Part shown: positions 36,477 to 48,689 of the stretch, in pieces | How the letters are laid out: each line of letters starts with the position of its first letter | Numbering within the stretch: position 1 is the first letter of the stretch | NCBI RefSeq assembly: GCF_006345805.1 | Contig: NC_043007.1 | Location: forward strand, 39,308,001 to 39,372,000 | Source: Octopus sinensis | Taxonomy: Eukaryota | DNA length: 64,000 bases | Direction of reading: 5' to 3' | Program-made: the position numbers and the translations under genes | The notes under the pieces: model-generated | What the model saw: the letters and a program-made list of their open reading frames with translations, nothing else | Databases searched by the model: none | Told to the model about the DNA's origin: nothing

Positions 36477-37110
36477 TGTGTCTGTGTTTGTCCCCCTAGC
36501 ATTGCTTGACAACCGATGCTGGTGTATTTATGTCCCCGATCTCAGATCAAGTCACTTGCTATGCAAGTACATCTCCGTGAAACGCATTTATTCTTACAAA
36601 GAAAAGGCTGGCAGCAACTTCAAAGTTTCATTTGTTGGATACAATTTGATGGAACCAACAGTAGCAAAACTTTAAAGTTACTGTCAACCTTTCCTTTGTA
36701 AATATTGGTATGTATATGACACAACCGTGGCTGTGTGGTAAGAAGTTTGCTTCCTGACCAGATGGTTCTGGGTTCAGTTTTAGTGCATGGCACCTTGGTC
36801 AGTGTCTTCATCTATAGCCTCAGGCCAACCAAATCCTTGCAAGTGAATTTGATAGATGGAAACTGAAAGCAGCCCATAGTATATGTGTATGTGTGTGTGT
36901 AAATATGTGTATGTATGTATGTATGTGTGTGTGCGTGTCACCACCACTTGACCATGGTGTTGGTGTATATACATCCCTGTAATTTAGCAGTTCAGCAAAA
37001 GAGATAGACAGAATAAGCACCAGGCTTAAAAAGAAAAACAAACAAGTGCTGGGGTTGATGCATTTGACCAAAATTCTTCAAGGCAGTGACCAAGAACGGC
37101 CGCAGTGTAA
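36250..37110 (+). mobile_element. Two consecutive family B SINE copies
   Basis: Heads GTGGCTGTGTGGTAAG at about 36252 and 36728. Confidence 0.85.
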
Positions 37111-37671
37111 ATGACAAACAAATAAAAGATAACTTTCTTTATTGGTCACACAGGGCTGGACACAGAGGGGACAATTACAAATGTAGAGCTTTTCTTTTCA
37201 GAGATGGAAAAAGAAAAAGAAGAAAAAAAAGAAACAAATGTAAAATTTCGATCAAAAGGAATCGGAAGAAAAAAAAAACGATCAAAAGGAATCGTGTATC
37301 ACAGAAAGAAAAATCTTTTTTGTTTTCAAAAGTAACAAACAAGATTAGGTTCATCCGTGGAAAGAAAAGCCTATAGAAAAGACCACGGTAACCTCAGGCA
37401 GGGAGGAAATAAACACATGAGAGCAAAGTGCTCTCTCTCTCTCTCTCTCTTTTACGATTTACAGGATCATGCTCAAAGTGGTTTCGTCATTTGCACGCAC
37501 CATCTTTGCTACATTCATCCACCTTTTTTTGAAACTTTCATGAGACAAAACTTGCCTTTCCATTCTCACCTTCCTTTTCAAGTGGTACTTGAAAAAGTTG
37601 ATGAGCGATTGGCCAGAGAGGTAAGTCTTTGTCTCTAGTCCTTTCGCTCGGGTCCACCAGATAAAAAAATG

Positions 37672-37672
<1 letters not shown>
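37110..37672 (-). mobile_element. 5'-truncated Tx1/L1-clade LINE (ORF2 C-terminus plus 3' UTR)
   Basis: 37671-37459 reads HFFIWWTRAKGLETKTYLSGQSLINFFKYHLKRKVRMERQVLSHESFKKRWMNVAKMV..* (IWxxR..F..W pattern); A-rich UTR. Confidence 0.65.
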
Positions 37673-37705
<33 letters not shown>

Positions 37706-37708
<3 letters not shown>

Positions 37709-38045
37709 GGTAAAGACCCCCTTCGGTCATGAATGACCATGGGATTGCACCTAGAAAGTTACCCTCCTAGACACAAGTCCGGGCAAGGTTGTTTATGGAA
37801 GACCAGCAGTCGCCCATGCATACCAGCCTCCCCTCTCCACGCCACCAGTGTTATCCAAGGGAAAGACAAAGGTCGATACAGCTTGGCACCAGTGACGTCG
37901 CAACTCATTTCTACAGCTGAGTGAACTGGAGCAACGTGAAATAAAGTGCCTTGCTCAAGAACACAACGCGCAGCCCGGTCCGGGATTCGAGCTCACAACC
38001 TCACGATCGTAAGCTCGACGCTCTAACCACTGAGCCATGTGCCAT
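37706..38045 (-). mobile_element. Family A SINE, young CpG-rich copy inserted in (TA)n
   Basis: Intact A/B boxes TGGCTCAGTGG and CTCGAATCC; (TA)n on both sides. Confidence 0.92.
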
Positions 38046-38645
38046 ATATATATATAATCAATATGCCTTTCCTTTTTTGAAATGGTATGGAGTGATTTGA
38101 GGGAGATTTGGTTGCTATTTCACTTGAAGCTGGATCAATAATTAATGTATTGTCTATCAGGAAATATAGTGAGAAACACACTAAAACACACACACACACT
38201 GCTAACACATGCTCTTACCTCCCCCCATGCATACACACAAATGCACATGGATGCAAACACAATGCCCAAAACATGTGCACCAACTTTGATGCATGCATCC
38301 ACACACACTGCACTTATGTATTACATAAAAGCATATGCACTATACAAACACTACAAATACCCTTTTCTTTTTACATTCATGATAAGCACACACTATGTTC
38401 ATAGACACAATACACACACTATATATATGCACCATGCACACACTCATACACACAATATACGCACCACACTATATATATGCACCACACACGCAATCACAAA
38501 GTTTCTCATTAGACAAATCCTTTTTCTTTTCTGTTTTTTTCTTTCCTTCTAATCTCCACAAATATTCACATCATTCATTTGTTTAGTCAGTCTTTATTCT
38601 TTTGTGTATCTGTGTGCAGATGGCAGAGAATTTTGCATGTGTGTG

Positions 38646-38677
<32 letters not shown>

Positions 38678-40327
38678 TGCATGTATGTGTGTTTAGTTGC
38701 AGTCATATGAATGAATGTGTGCATGCATGTGTGTGGATGCATAGATGCACGTGCATTATACAAGTGTGTATGTGTTTATATGTGCATCTACCTGAAGTTG
38801 TCCCTGTATGTGAGAGAGTGTTCTCTTGTACCTGCAGTTGTATGTTGTTTATGTGAGTGTAAATGTGTGTGTGCGCCTATGGGTGTGTGTGTGCCTATGG
38901 GTGTGTGTGTGTGTCTACGTGAGTGATGTGTGTGTGTGCACGTCTATGGGGGTGTGTGCCTATGTGAGTGTGATGTCTGTGTGCGTGCATGTGTGCATGT
39001 ATGTGTGTGTGTGTGTGAGCCCATGTGTGTGCATGCATGTTTAGCTTGTGCATGTTTACATTCAGTTGCGTAAGTTTTTCTTTTTGTGTGTGTGTGTGCT
39101 GTATCTGAATGTGTATGTGCTTGCAAGTATATGTATGCACATATGCTTGCAACTAAGTCTTTGCACCTGTGTATGCAAATAAGTGTGCATATGCACATGT
39201 ATGTAAGAGTGTGTGAGCGTGAGAGTGTGTGAGCGTGAGAGCGTGTGAGTGTGTGCATGTGTGTCTGTGAGTGAGTGTCTGCATACAGTTTTAATAGACT
39301 TCCAAAGTAGATAGAAACTGAATTTCTTTTTTTTTTGACTTAAAAACAATACAAAAAGGACCAACAATAGAAATAATAGGAAATCCATCACTATAACCAT
39401 CACCCCTATCGCCACCACCACCACCACCACCACCAAGTACTTCAGTGAATTTTATTTGACAGTATAGTAGAGTGTGTGTGTGTGCATGGGGAGGTGCATG
39501 TGTTAACTGTGGTGGGAAGGGAGAGAGAATGGGGGGAGGGGGTCTGTGGGTAACTGGTGAGTCTCATGTGACCACAATCAAACAGTTAAATGAAGACTAG
39601 TAAAGAGAAAGAGAAGACCGAGTCCTCCTCCTCCTCCACTGCAACCAACACTTCACACACACACACACAACACACACACACAATCACAGACTGGATGTTT
39701 AATGGTTGAGAGACCCTTAACAAAACAATGCAAAACTGAAACACACAAAACCCAGAGAACAAAAGGTGTTAACTAAGGCAAAATAACACAAAGGAGTCAC
39801 AGCTTGCTTGAGGAGAGCGGAGTCAGATCAGGGGATTGTTAGGTGGTGGCGGGTGGTGGGTGGCAGGTGGTGGCGGTTCTGGTGAGGGAGGAGACCCCAC
39901 TGGTGATGCTGGGCTAAAATCTGTCAGTGGTTCCACACTTCTACAAACACACACACACATACACACACACAAAGCCACCCTTTATATGTGCTATATAAAG
40001 GGGGATGGTAGTGGTGGTGGTGGTTTAGCATGACCAGCCATGATCAATCAACCAGATACTTGATCAAAGTCATTACTGCTGTGACCACCCTGTCTAAATT
40101 GTATATCAGAAAACTACATTGTCTAATGTGTATATCCCTCTATCTTTTCTTGTTTCATCAGTCATTCAACTGCAACCATGGAAGGTTTAGTCAAACAGAT
40201 TGACCCTATGGCCTTATGTATTTTTTCTAAGTGTGACATATATTCCATCAGCTTATTTTAATGAATCACTAAATCACAGGGACATAAACAAACCATCACT
40301 TGTTGGGATTGGTCAAACTGATGTAGA

Positions 40328-40372
40328 AGCCTCTGAAGAGAATTCAATAAGATTCGAAAACCGATTAAGGTT
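40328..40372 (+). ncRNA. Minimal type I hammerhead ribozyme, core intact
   Basis: AGCCT-CTGAAGA-GAATT/caataa/GATTC-GAA-AACCGATT-A-AGGTT; helix I 5 bp, helix II 5 bp, UUA site. Confidence 0.7.
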
Positions 40373-40784
40373 GTTCATCATTTTTTCAATCTACACTCTC
40401 GGAGTGGTTGGCATTAGGAAGGGCATCCAGCTGTAGAAACTATGCTAAATCAGATTGGAACCTGGTGCAATTCCCCAGCTTACCAGTTTTCAGTCAAACT
40501 GTCCAACCCATGCCAGCATGGAAAATGGATGTTAAATTATGATGATGAGAAACAGCTAAATTAGCTCTGTTTTATAAAGGTACTATGTAAGGTTAAATGT
40601 ATTATACTATATCTTGATACTGTGTGGACTAAGACCTCCATTGACAGGCCTCTGGTATTTAAAATAAAGTGTTAGCACTTATGGTATGCAAATTAGTCAT
40701 TCGAGTTCTCTGTAGCAACTGAAATTGTTGAGAATATAAACAGATTAGCTGCTCGTTTCTCTGGGATTGGTCAAACTGATGCAG

Positions 40785-40829
40785 ATCCTCTTATAAGAAT
40801 CCAATAAGATTTGAAAATCGACTGAGGTT
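40785..40829 (+). ncRNA. Second, degenerate copy of the same hammerhead
   Basis: ATCCT-CTTATAA-GAATC/caataa/GATTT-GAA-AATCGACT-G-AGGTT; about 85 bp shared with 40303-40390. Confidence 0.6.
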
Positions 40830-41194
40830 GTATCATTTTTTCAACTTAGTGGTTCAGTAAAAGAGACTGACAGAATAAGTACCAGGCTTAAAAAGTAAGT
40901 ATTGGGGTGGATTCATTCAACCAAAAATTGAAGGTGGTACCCCTGCATGGCTGCAGCCTGATAAATGAAACTGGTTCAAGATCTAGTACTCCACTGTTCT
41001 CATTTAATGATGTTAGGCAGATTAGAGAGAAACATTCCTGGATAGGATAACTGTCTTTCACTTCCATTTCAGAAGACCTAACAAATGATGCCAATTTCTA
41101 AAAATTATACAATCTTAGATAATGTAAATGGTTCAACACAGAGACCATAAGTAACTGTCCGAAATGCAATAAAATATTCTTTCTTTAGGTCTTT

Positions 41195-41870
41195 TATTCT
41201 TTTATTTGTTTCAGCCATTTGACTGCAGCCACGCTGGAGCACCGCCTTAAAGGATTTTAGCTGAAGAAATCAACACCAAGTCTTACTCTTTGTAAGCGTA
41301 GTCTCTTTTGCCAAAATGTCAAGTTATGGGGGACATAAACACACCAGTAGTGGTTGTCAAGTGATGGCAGGGGGACAAATACACACACACAATGGGCTTC
41401 TTCCAGTTTCCATCTACCAAATCCACTCACAAGGCTTCGGTCAGCTTAAGGATAGAGTAGAAGACATTTGCCCAAGGTTGTTGTTTGTTCCTTCTTGAGC
41501 CATGCTTGGCTCATAAGGGCCGGTTTCCCGGTTTCTTGGCGTATAGGTTCCCCACCTGGACGGGACGCCAGTCCGTCGCAGGTGAGCTGCAAGATGTAGG
41601 AGGAAAGAGTGAGAGAAAGTTGAGGCGGAAGAGTCAGCAGAAGTTTCGCCATTACCTTCTGCCGGAGTCGCGTGGAGCTTAGGTGTTTCGCTCATAAACA
41701 CACACATCGTCCGGTCTGAGATTCGAACCCGCGATCCCTCGACCGCGAGTTCGCTGCTCTAACCACTAGGCCATGAGCCTCCACATTTGCCCAAGGTGCT
41801 GTGCAGTGGGACTGAACCCAGGACCATCTGGTTGAGAAGCAAGCATCTTAACGCACACCCATGCCTATGT
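41195..41870 (-). mobile_element. Family B SINE interrupted by a family D SINE
   Basis: Family B sequence resumes after the TSD. Confidence 0.85.
41479..41782 (-). mobile_element. Family D tRNA SINE, full length, (CAA)n tail, 15-bp TSD
   Basis: ACATTTGCCCAAGGT at 41464-41478 and 41783-41797. Confidence 0.92.
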
Positions 41871-42145
41871 CTATCTCTACTGAATTTCAACTGAAGACCA
41901 TTACATAGACAGTTCTGTACTTTATCCACTTAGCAGTTACACTTAAACTCCAAAGGCACTTAACCAAATTTTATTTCATAACCATCTAGCTATAAATATT
42001 TATTTGATTAACTGGATATCTTACAAAAAAAAATAATAAAAGCTAAAATAGGCATTCCCTTTTTCTTATTATTAAACCACAAAAACAACAGCATGACAGT
42101 GGTAAGTCGACTATCTAAACTAGCAGATAAGTGGTTTAAAGCACT

Positions 42146-42270
42146 TGTGGTGGTACCATGTAAAAGCGCCAACGTGGTGCCACATAAAAGTGTCCATGCA
42201 GCGCCACGTAAAAGCACCAGTGTAGTGTCATGTAAAAGTGCCTATGTGGGGCCACGTAAAAGCACTAGCT
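42146..42270 (+). repeat. Degenerate minisatellite, about 22 bp x 5-6
   Basis: Unit approximately TGGTGCCACGTAAAAGCACC, the motif of the RTE 3' UTR. Confidence 0.75.
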
Positions 42271-42279
42271 TGTGAAATT

Positions 42280-42530
42280 GATGTGTCAGTGGCTGAGCAG
42301 TCCACAGACATGTGTACCCCTTAATGTAGTTCTTAGGGAAGATTCAGCATGACAATGTGACAAGACTGGCTCTTTGAATTGGAGGTACAGCTCATCTTTG
42401 CCAGCCAAGAGGGCGGGAGTAACGTAAAATAAAGTGTCTTGCTGAAGGACACAATGCACCACCAGGAATTGAACTCACAACCATATGATTGTGAACCAAA
42501 TACCCTAACCACTAAGCCATGTGCCTTCAC
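42280..42530 (-). mobile_element. Family A' SINE
   Basis: Reverse complement of 6440-6690. Confidence 0.8.
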
Positions 42531-42539
42531 TCATATATA

Positions 42540-42960
42540 ATAGGCATAGGAGTGGCTGTGTGGTAAGTAGCTAGCTTACGAATTGCATGGTTCCGGGTTC
42601 AGTCCAACTGCGTGGCACCTTGGGCAAGTGTCTTCTACTATAGCCTCAGGCCAACCAAAGCCTTGTGAATGGATTTGGTAGACGGAAACTGAAAGAAGCC
42701 CATGGTATATATGTATGTGTGTGTGTGTGTGTGAGTATATGTTTGTGTATCTGTGTTTGTCCCCCCAACATCGCTTGACAACTGATGTTGGTGTGTTTAC
42801 ATCTCTGTAACTTGGTGATTCGGCAAAAGAGACAGATAGAATAAATAGAATAGAATAGGCTTACAAAGAATAAGTCCTGGTGTCGATTTGCTCGACTAAA
42901 AGCGGTGCTCCAGCATGGCCAAAGTCAAATGACTGAAACACGTAAAAGAGTAAAAAAGAG
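42540..42960 (+). mobile_element. Family B SINE, full length
   Basis: Collinear with 20477-20890. Confidence 0.92.
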
Positions 42961-43139
42961 AATACATATGCATGTGTATGTGTGTGGGAATCAATCACTA
43001 TATCTCCTCACATTGATGTTTATTTATGACCAACAGTAATACAACCCATGCTAGAATACGAAAAAAAATATTGCTGAAAATAATATGATTTTAGGTGAAA
43101 CTGGCTGCTATTTCTAGCAGACTGATTGATCATGTAAAG

Positions 43140-43474
43140 TAGGCCTGGCCAACTCGAATTACACTGTAGACCACCTTAATCACAGAAAGTTTTTTTGAGG
43201 GCTGCTTGTATACTAATAGAATTTAAAGCATTTTGCTTTCTCATGCTATTATTACAATAATGAATGAATGATCATAGATTCAGCATGAAATATTATCATT
43301 GCAATAACAGTAGTATCTTTCTTTTTTTTACTTTTCACTACAATCTTTCATTTTTTTATAAAAGGTTTTAAATGCTTGTTTAAATAAACCCATTTCGTAA
43401 AAATATCAAGCAGGTGACAAGATAAAAGTCTGTGGGTCGCATGCGACCCGTGGGGCTCAGGTCAGCCAGCCCTG
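43140..43474. mobile_element. hAT (Charlie-like) MITE with perfect 8-bp TSD
   Basis: ATGTAAAG at 43132-43139 and 43475-43482 (fits NTNTANAN); ends TAGGCCTGGCCAAC and (rc) CAGGGCTGGCTGAC. Confidence 0.85.
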
Positions 43475-44399
43475 ATGTAAAGGCTTCCTCACTGGCTTGA
43501 GATTCTTTAGTTTAATCACAGGGCTAAACTTTCTCACAACTGGCAGGTCTGATCCCATGAAAATTATTGGTACTCATTTTATTGAACCAGGACTGCCTCC
43601 TCTGTCACCACCACTACCACCACCACCAATACCATCACCACAGCAACAGAAAGTGAATTGCAACTGAAGGAATGATTTGAACTCAAGACATAGAGTCGAA
43701 TGCTTTACTAGTTTTGCCATATTACTGCCAAATATATAAAACACACACACATACAGATAGAGCGAGAGAAGCATAGAGAGGGAGAGAGAAAGGAAGAAGA
43801 AGACAGAGATGTAGCAATACTCAAAGATACATACTCTTATGTATGTGAATGTGTATGTCTATACACACATACACACACACACACAGAGAAAGAGCTATAA
43901 TCAAAGCTACACATACTCTTATAATGTATATTCACATGTGTATGCGTATACGCATACAGAGACAAGATCATACAATGGAAAATCATAAGTTGTTTTTATT
44001 ATATTTTCGCATTTTTCTTTGTCTTTCTAAAGGACCGAGAGGCATACACGCACATATATTTCCAAAACTGACATTTCTGGCATTTTGAATTCTGTGAATA
44101 TAAAGAATTTTAACAAAAACAAACAACAAAAGAGTCAGAGATAGAGAAAGAGAAAAAGAAGAAAAAAAAGCGAAATGGTATCTTTGGAATCCTTTAGGGA
44201 TAAAAACAAACACACAAACACATGCACACACACACATCAAAAGAATATGTTGAAAAGAAAGAATTCAATTCTAGTTTTGGCTGTTCCGCTCTTCTACTCC
44301 ACAACCTCCCACCTGAAATTCTTTTTCTATAAGGCATACATCGACCACATGTTAGAATTGGAAGTAAGAAATGAGACACAGGGAGAAATAAATAATAAT

Positions 44400-45452
44400 C
44401 CATTCTACTATAGGCACAAGGCCTGAAATTTTTGGGTGGAGGTAGGGGGCTAATCAATTACATTGACACACACCCCTCCCCCAGTATTCAACTGGTACTT
44501 ATTTCAACGACCCTGAAAGAGGGAAAGGCAAGGTTGACTTCAGCAGGTTTTGAATTCAGAACAGTTTTGGCACAGGGCCAGTAGTTTTTGTGGGGAAAGG
44601 GAGAATCTATTACATCGATCCCCAGCACTTAATTGGTACTTATTTTATCAACCCCGAAACGATGAAAGAAAGAGTCGACCATGTTGATATGTGAACTTAA
44701 AACATAAAAGCAGGAAGAAATGCCACAAAGCATTTTGTCTGACATGCCAGCACACTGCTTTAATAATAATAATAATAATGATTTCAAATTTTGGCACAAG
44801 GTTAGCATTTTGGGGGGGAGTTGGTAAGCTAATTACACTGAAGGACAGACAAAATGCCACTAAGCATTTTGCCCGACATGCAACCAATTCTGCCAATTTG
44901 CCGCCTTAAATGGTTTCAAATTTTGCCATGAGGGCAGCAATTTTGGGGGAGGGGGACAATCGATTACATCAACCCCAATGCTCAACTGGTATGCATTTTA
45001 TTGGTCCTGAAAGGATAAAAGGCAAAGTCAACCTCGGTAGAATTTGAACTCAGAATGTAGGAACAGGTGAAATACAGCTAAGCATTTCATCCATTGTACT
45101 AACGATTCTGCCAGCTCACCACCTTTTTCATAATAATAATGATAACCCTTTTTATTATAGGTACAAGGCCTGAAATTTGGAATAGGGGATAGCTGATTAC
45201 ATCGATCTTAGTGCTCCACTGGTACTTAATTTATTGACCCTGAAAGGATGAAAGGCAAAGTCAACCACAGCGGAATTTGAACTCAAAACGTAAGGACAGA
45301 TGAATAATAATAACCCTTTCTACTACAGGCACAATGCCTGAAATTTTGGGGGTAGGAGTTAGTCGATTACATCGACTCCAGTGTTTCATTGGTACTTAAT
45401 TTATCAACTCTGAAAGGATGAAAGGCAAAGTCAACCTCAGGGGAATCTGAAC
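44400..45452 (-). mobile_element. Array of 6 head-to-tail family C SINEs
   Basis: Starts near 44400, 44565, 44780, 44909, 45145 and 45313, several separated by (AAT)n. Confidence 0.88.
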
Positions 45453-45602
45453 ATGGATAACACTGGTGGCATGGAGAGGGGAGGCCGGTATGCATGGGCG
45501 ACTGTTGGTCTTCAATAAACAACCTTGCCCAGACCTGTGCCAGGCAGGGTAACTTCCTAGGTGCAATCCCATGGTCAGTCATGACCGAAGGGGGGTCTTT
45601 GC

Positions 45603-45803
45603 AAGGTGGCAAGCATGAAGAGTCATTAGCATGTCAGACAAAATGCTGCTAAGCATTTTGTCTGTTTTTACATTCTGAGTTCAAATTCTGCTGAGGTCGA
45701 CTTTGTCTTTCATTCTTTTAGGGGACAATTAAGTAAGTATCAGTTAATCAACTACTGCCTTCCCCCAAAATTGCTGGCCTTGTGCCTACAGTAGAAAGGA
45801 TTA
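45603..45803 (+). mobile_element. Family C SINE, opposite orientation
   Basis: AAGGTGGCAAGC..GAGTTCAAATTCTGCTGAGGTCGACTTTG..CCTTGTGCCTACAGTAGAAAGGATTATT. Confidence 0.85.
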
Positions 45804-46364
45804 TTATACCAGTGTTTGGAACTTAAATTAACGGGAAATTCTGGTGAAAGGTTTTACATTAGATCGCTTAAAAAGGAGCAGTTTTCATTGCAGAACCAGA
45901 GGTAGTTTCAGACAGGACAGTACAAAAAGGAGTTAAATCTTGTTCTTCCATCCTGTCAGTGGTTCTCATTCAAGTTACTTATTTTCTTTATAACACAATT
46001 TGTGATAAATAGCATTGTTGATTTAAATTCACTGCATTTCTGATAGCAAATATTACAGAGGAGTGTCTGTAAAACTAAGTCTGTCTCGAGTAACTTAATT
46101 ACTAAACCAACAATTCTTTTGGTTTTTTCACTAGTATTCTTATTCTTTACACACCTCCTTTCTCCTCCTCTTTTTCGAGCAGTTAGAACTAGGATGTTTT
46201 TCACCACACTGACCCCTTGTTAGTTTTTGATGTAATGTCCTGTGTCTTGTTTGTTATATCAATGTGGTTGAAAAGTCTTTATGCTTTGTTAGGGTGTGGA
46301 AGTCTTCAAAGTATAACATCTGATATAGGCCACCCACTCACCTATCAACACTGTTGATAGATGT

Positions 46365-47230
46365 TGTTTTTCACATGCCACCGGAACAAGTGCCAGTAAG
46401 GCGACGCTGGTAACAATCACGCTCAAATGATGCGTTTTACGTGCCACCGGTACGGGGGCCAGTCAGCGGCCCTGGCAATGATCACGCTCAAATGGTGCTC
46501 TTAGCACTCCACTAGCACAGATGTTAGTCATGCGGTGCTGTCATCAAATTTGATTTCGATTTCACTTGTCTCAACAGGTCTTCGCAAGCAGAGTTTAGTG
46601 TCCTATGAAGGAAAGGTACGCATAAATGGGCTGGTTACACCACTGGCATAGGCCATTGGTTATGGTCTCACTTGGCTTGCCGGGTCTTCTCAAGTACAAT
46701 ATATTTCCAAAGGTCTCGGTCACTAGTCATTGCCTCGGTGAGGCCTAATGTTCAAAGGTCATGCTTCACCACCTGAACCCAGGTCTTCCTGGGTTTACCT
46801 CTTCCACAGGTTCCCTCAACTGCTAGGGTGTGACACTTTTTCACACAGCTATCCTCATCCATTCACACCACATGACCATACTAGCACAGTCGTCTCTCTT
46901 GCACACCACATCTGATGCTTCTTAGGTCCAACTTTTCTCTCAAGGTACTTACACTCTGTCAAGTATGCACACTGACATTACACATCCAGTGGCATATACT
47001 GGCTTCGTTACTTGCAAGCTTACGCATGTCCTCACCAGTCATGGCCCATGGTTGTTTGTACATGTGCATCATACAGTCTACCTTTTACTCTGGGCAAGAG
47101 GCCCTTTGTCACCAGCAGAGGTAGGAGCTCTCTGAACTTTGCCCAGGCTATTCTTCTTCTAGCAGCTACACATGTGGCATGTAGGGGGCTATTTGTGCAT
47201 TACAATTTATCCCTAACAATCAGAGCCATG
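46365..47230 (-). mobile_element. 5'-truncated RTE LINE, second copy
   Basis: ARRRIAWAKFRELLPLLVTKGLLPRVKGRLYDA..EDMRKL..STLREKLDLRSIRCGVQERRL; 3' UTR shared with 24963-25830. Confidence 0.9.
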
Positions 47231-48078
47231 ATGGTCTACGTAAAAAAGAAAAATGTGATTCACAGAATATGAAATAAATGTAGAAAAAGCAAGAGTCAAA
47301 AAGACCAGTACCATGCAATCCTGAAAAGTCCTTATCAAAACTGGCAATCCAGATTTTCACCAAATTCCAGGATGAAATTACACTACTTAAGAAAACCCAA
47401 ATACATCCAGTGAATATGTTTTTTTTTAAAGAGCCCCACTGTAATCAGAAAACAGTTGCTGCTGTCTACCATAGGGAAGGATTCCCTCTCCAAGGAGGTC
47501 ACTAACTAAAAATAGACCAACATATAGCAATGTCATATGCACATTGTTCAGTTTACCTGATCAACAATGAAAACACATGTCTGTGGTCCTACATGATGTA
47601 TAAAACTACATGTAGTAAATGCAAGGAATCCTAAATTAAGTACTATCAGACAGGTGTACATCTATGTTAAACAACACTTCTAATAGTGATGCTTCCTCCA
47701 TCGAAAAAGAACACCTGCAGAAATGCCATGCCCATGACATCCAGCTTTCCATTGACATTAGAGAATGAAACACAGGGAAACCTCAGAATAAAGATGCCAT
47801 CATCATTAGCAATACCAAATCCTTTATAAACAGTACTGTGCTGCATGAAGCTGATTGGTTATTACAGAAATGCTATCTTGCACATGCAAAGCTAAGCTCC
47901 CACCTTCCATATAAACGCATGTGCACATGCTCCATAGAAAAGCTAACTTGCAACACCAAATCTTCAATTTCTTTTTCCTGAAGAGTTGCGGGGTGGGGTG
48001 GGGGGTGTCTAAATCCCAAAATATAAAAGTACAAGCCATCGACTCGCATTGTTTTGGCTTCACAGAAACAAACACACA

Positions 48079-48126
<48 letters not shown>

Positions 48127-48242
48127 ATAGACATAAATATATACATAGCATACACAAATGCATACATGTACATGTGTATGTGCACGCACACATATACATA
48201 CATGCACATATTTAAAGATATACACACATACATATATCCATA

Positions 48243-48294
<52 letters not shown>

Positions 48295-48689
48295 AACAGG
48301 TATTTACATATATATACACACACAACTTCATATATTCACATATTCACACACAGAAATACATGTTTGTATGTATGTATGTATGTATATATACACACACACA
48401 TACATACACACATATATATTGTGTGTGTGTGTTCAATAAAAAAAAATATATTTTAAAAAGGCACTGACACCAATCCACTGTCATAGATGACAGGAAAAGA
48501 ACAAAGAACTGTGGGGGGAGGGGAGGAGGGAGAAGGGACATGGTGATTGAGGCATCAAGAGGAGGAGATTCAGTGGGGGGTGGGCAGAGGAAAAGAAAAT
48601 GAAAAACTGAGGGAGACACATTGTAAATAAAACAAAACTAAAAAATATACAAAATTTGAAAATTATACATACACACATACACACATATA

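Noticed and set aside
37960-38045. tRNA-like sequence with A and B boxes
   Set aside because: It continues into a SINE body repeated across the window, and I see no proper acceptor stem; SINE head, not a tRNA gene.
42146-42270. CRISPR-like short repeats
   Set aside because: Degenerate adjacent units without unique spacers, in eukaryotic repeat context, with no cas genes.
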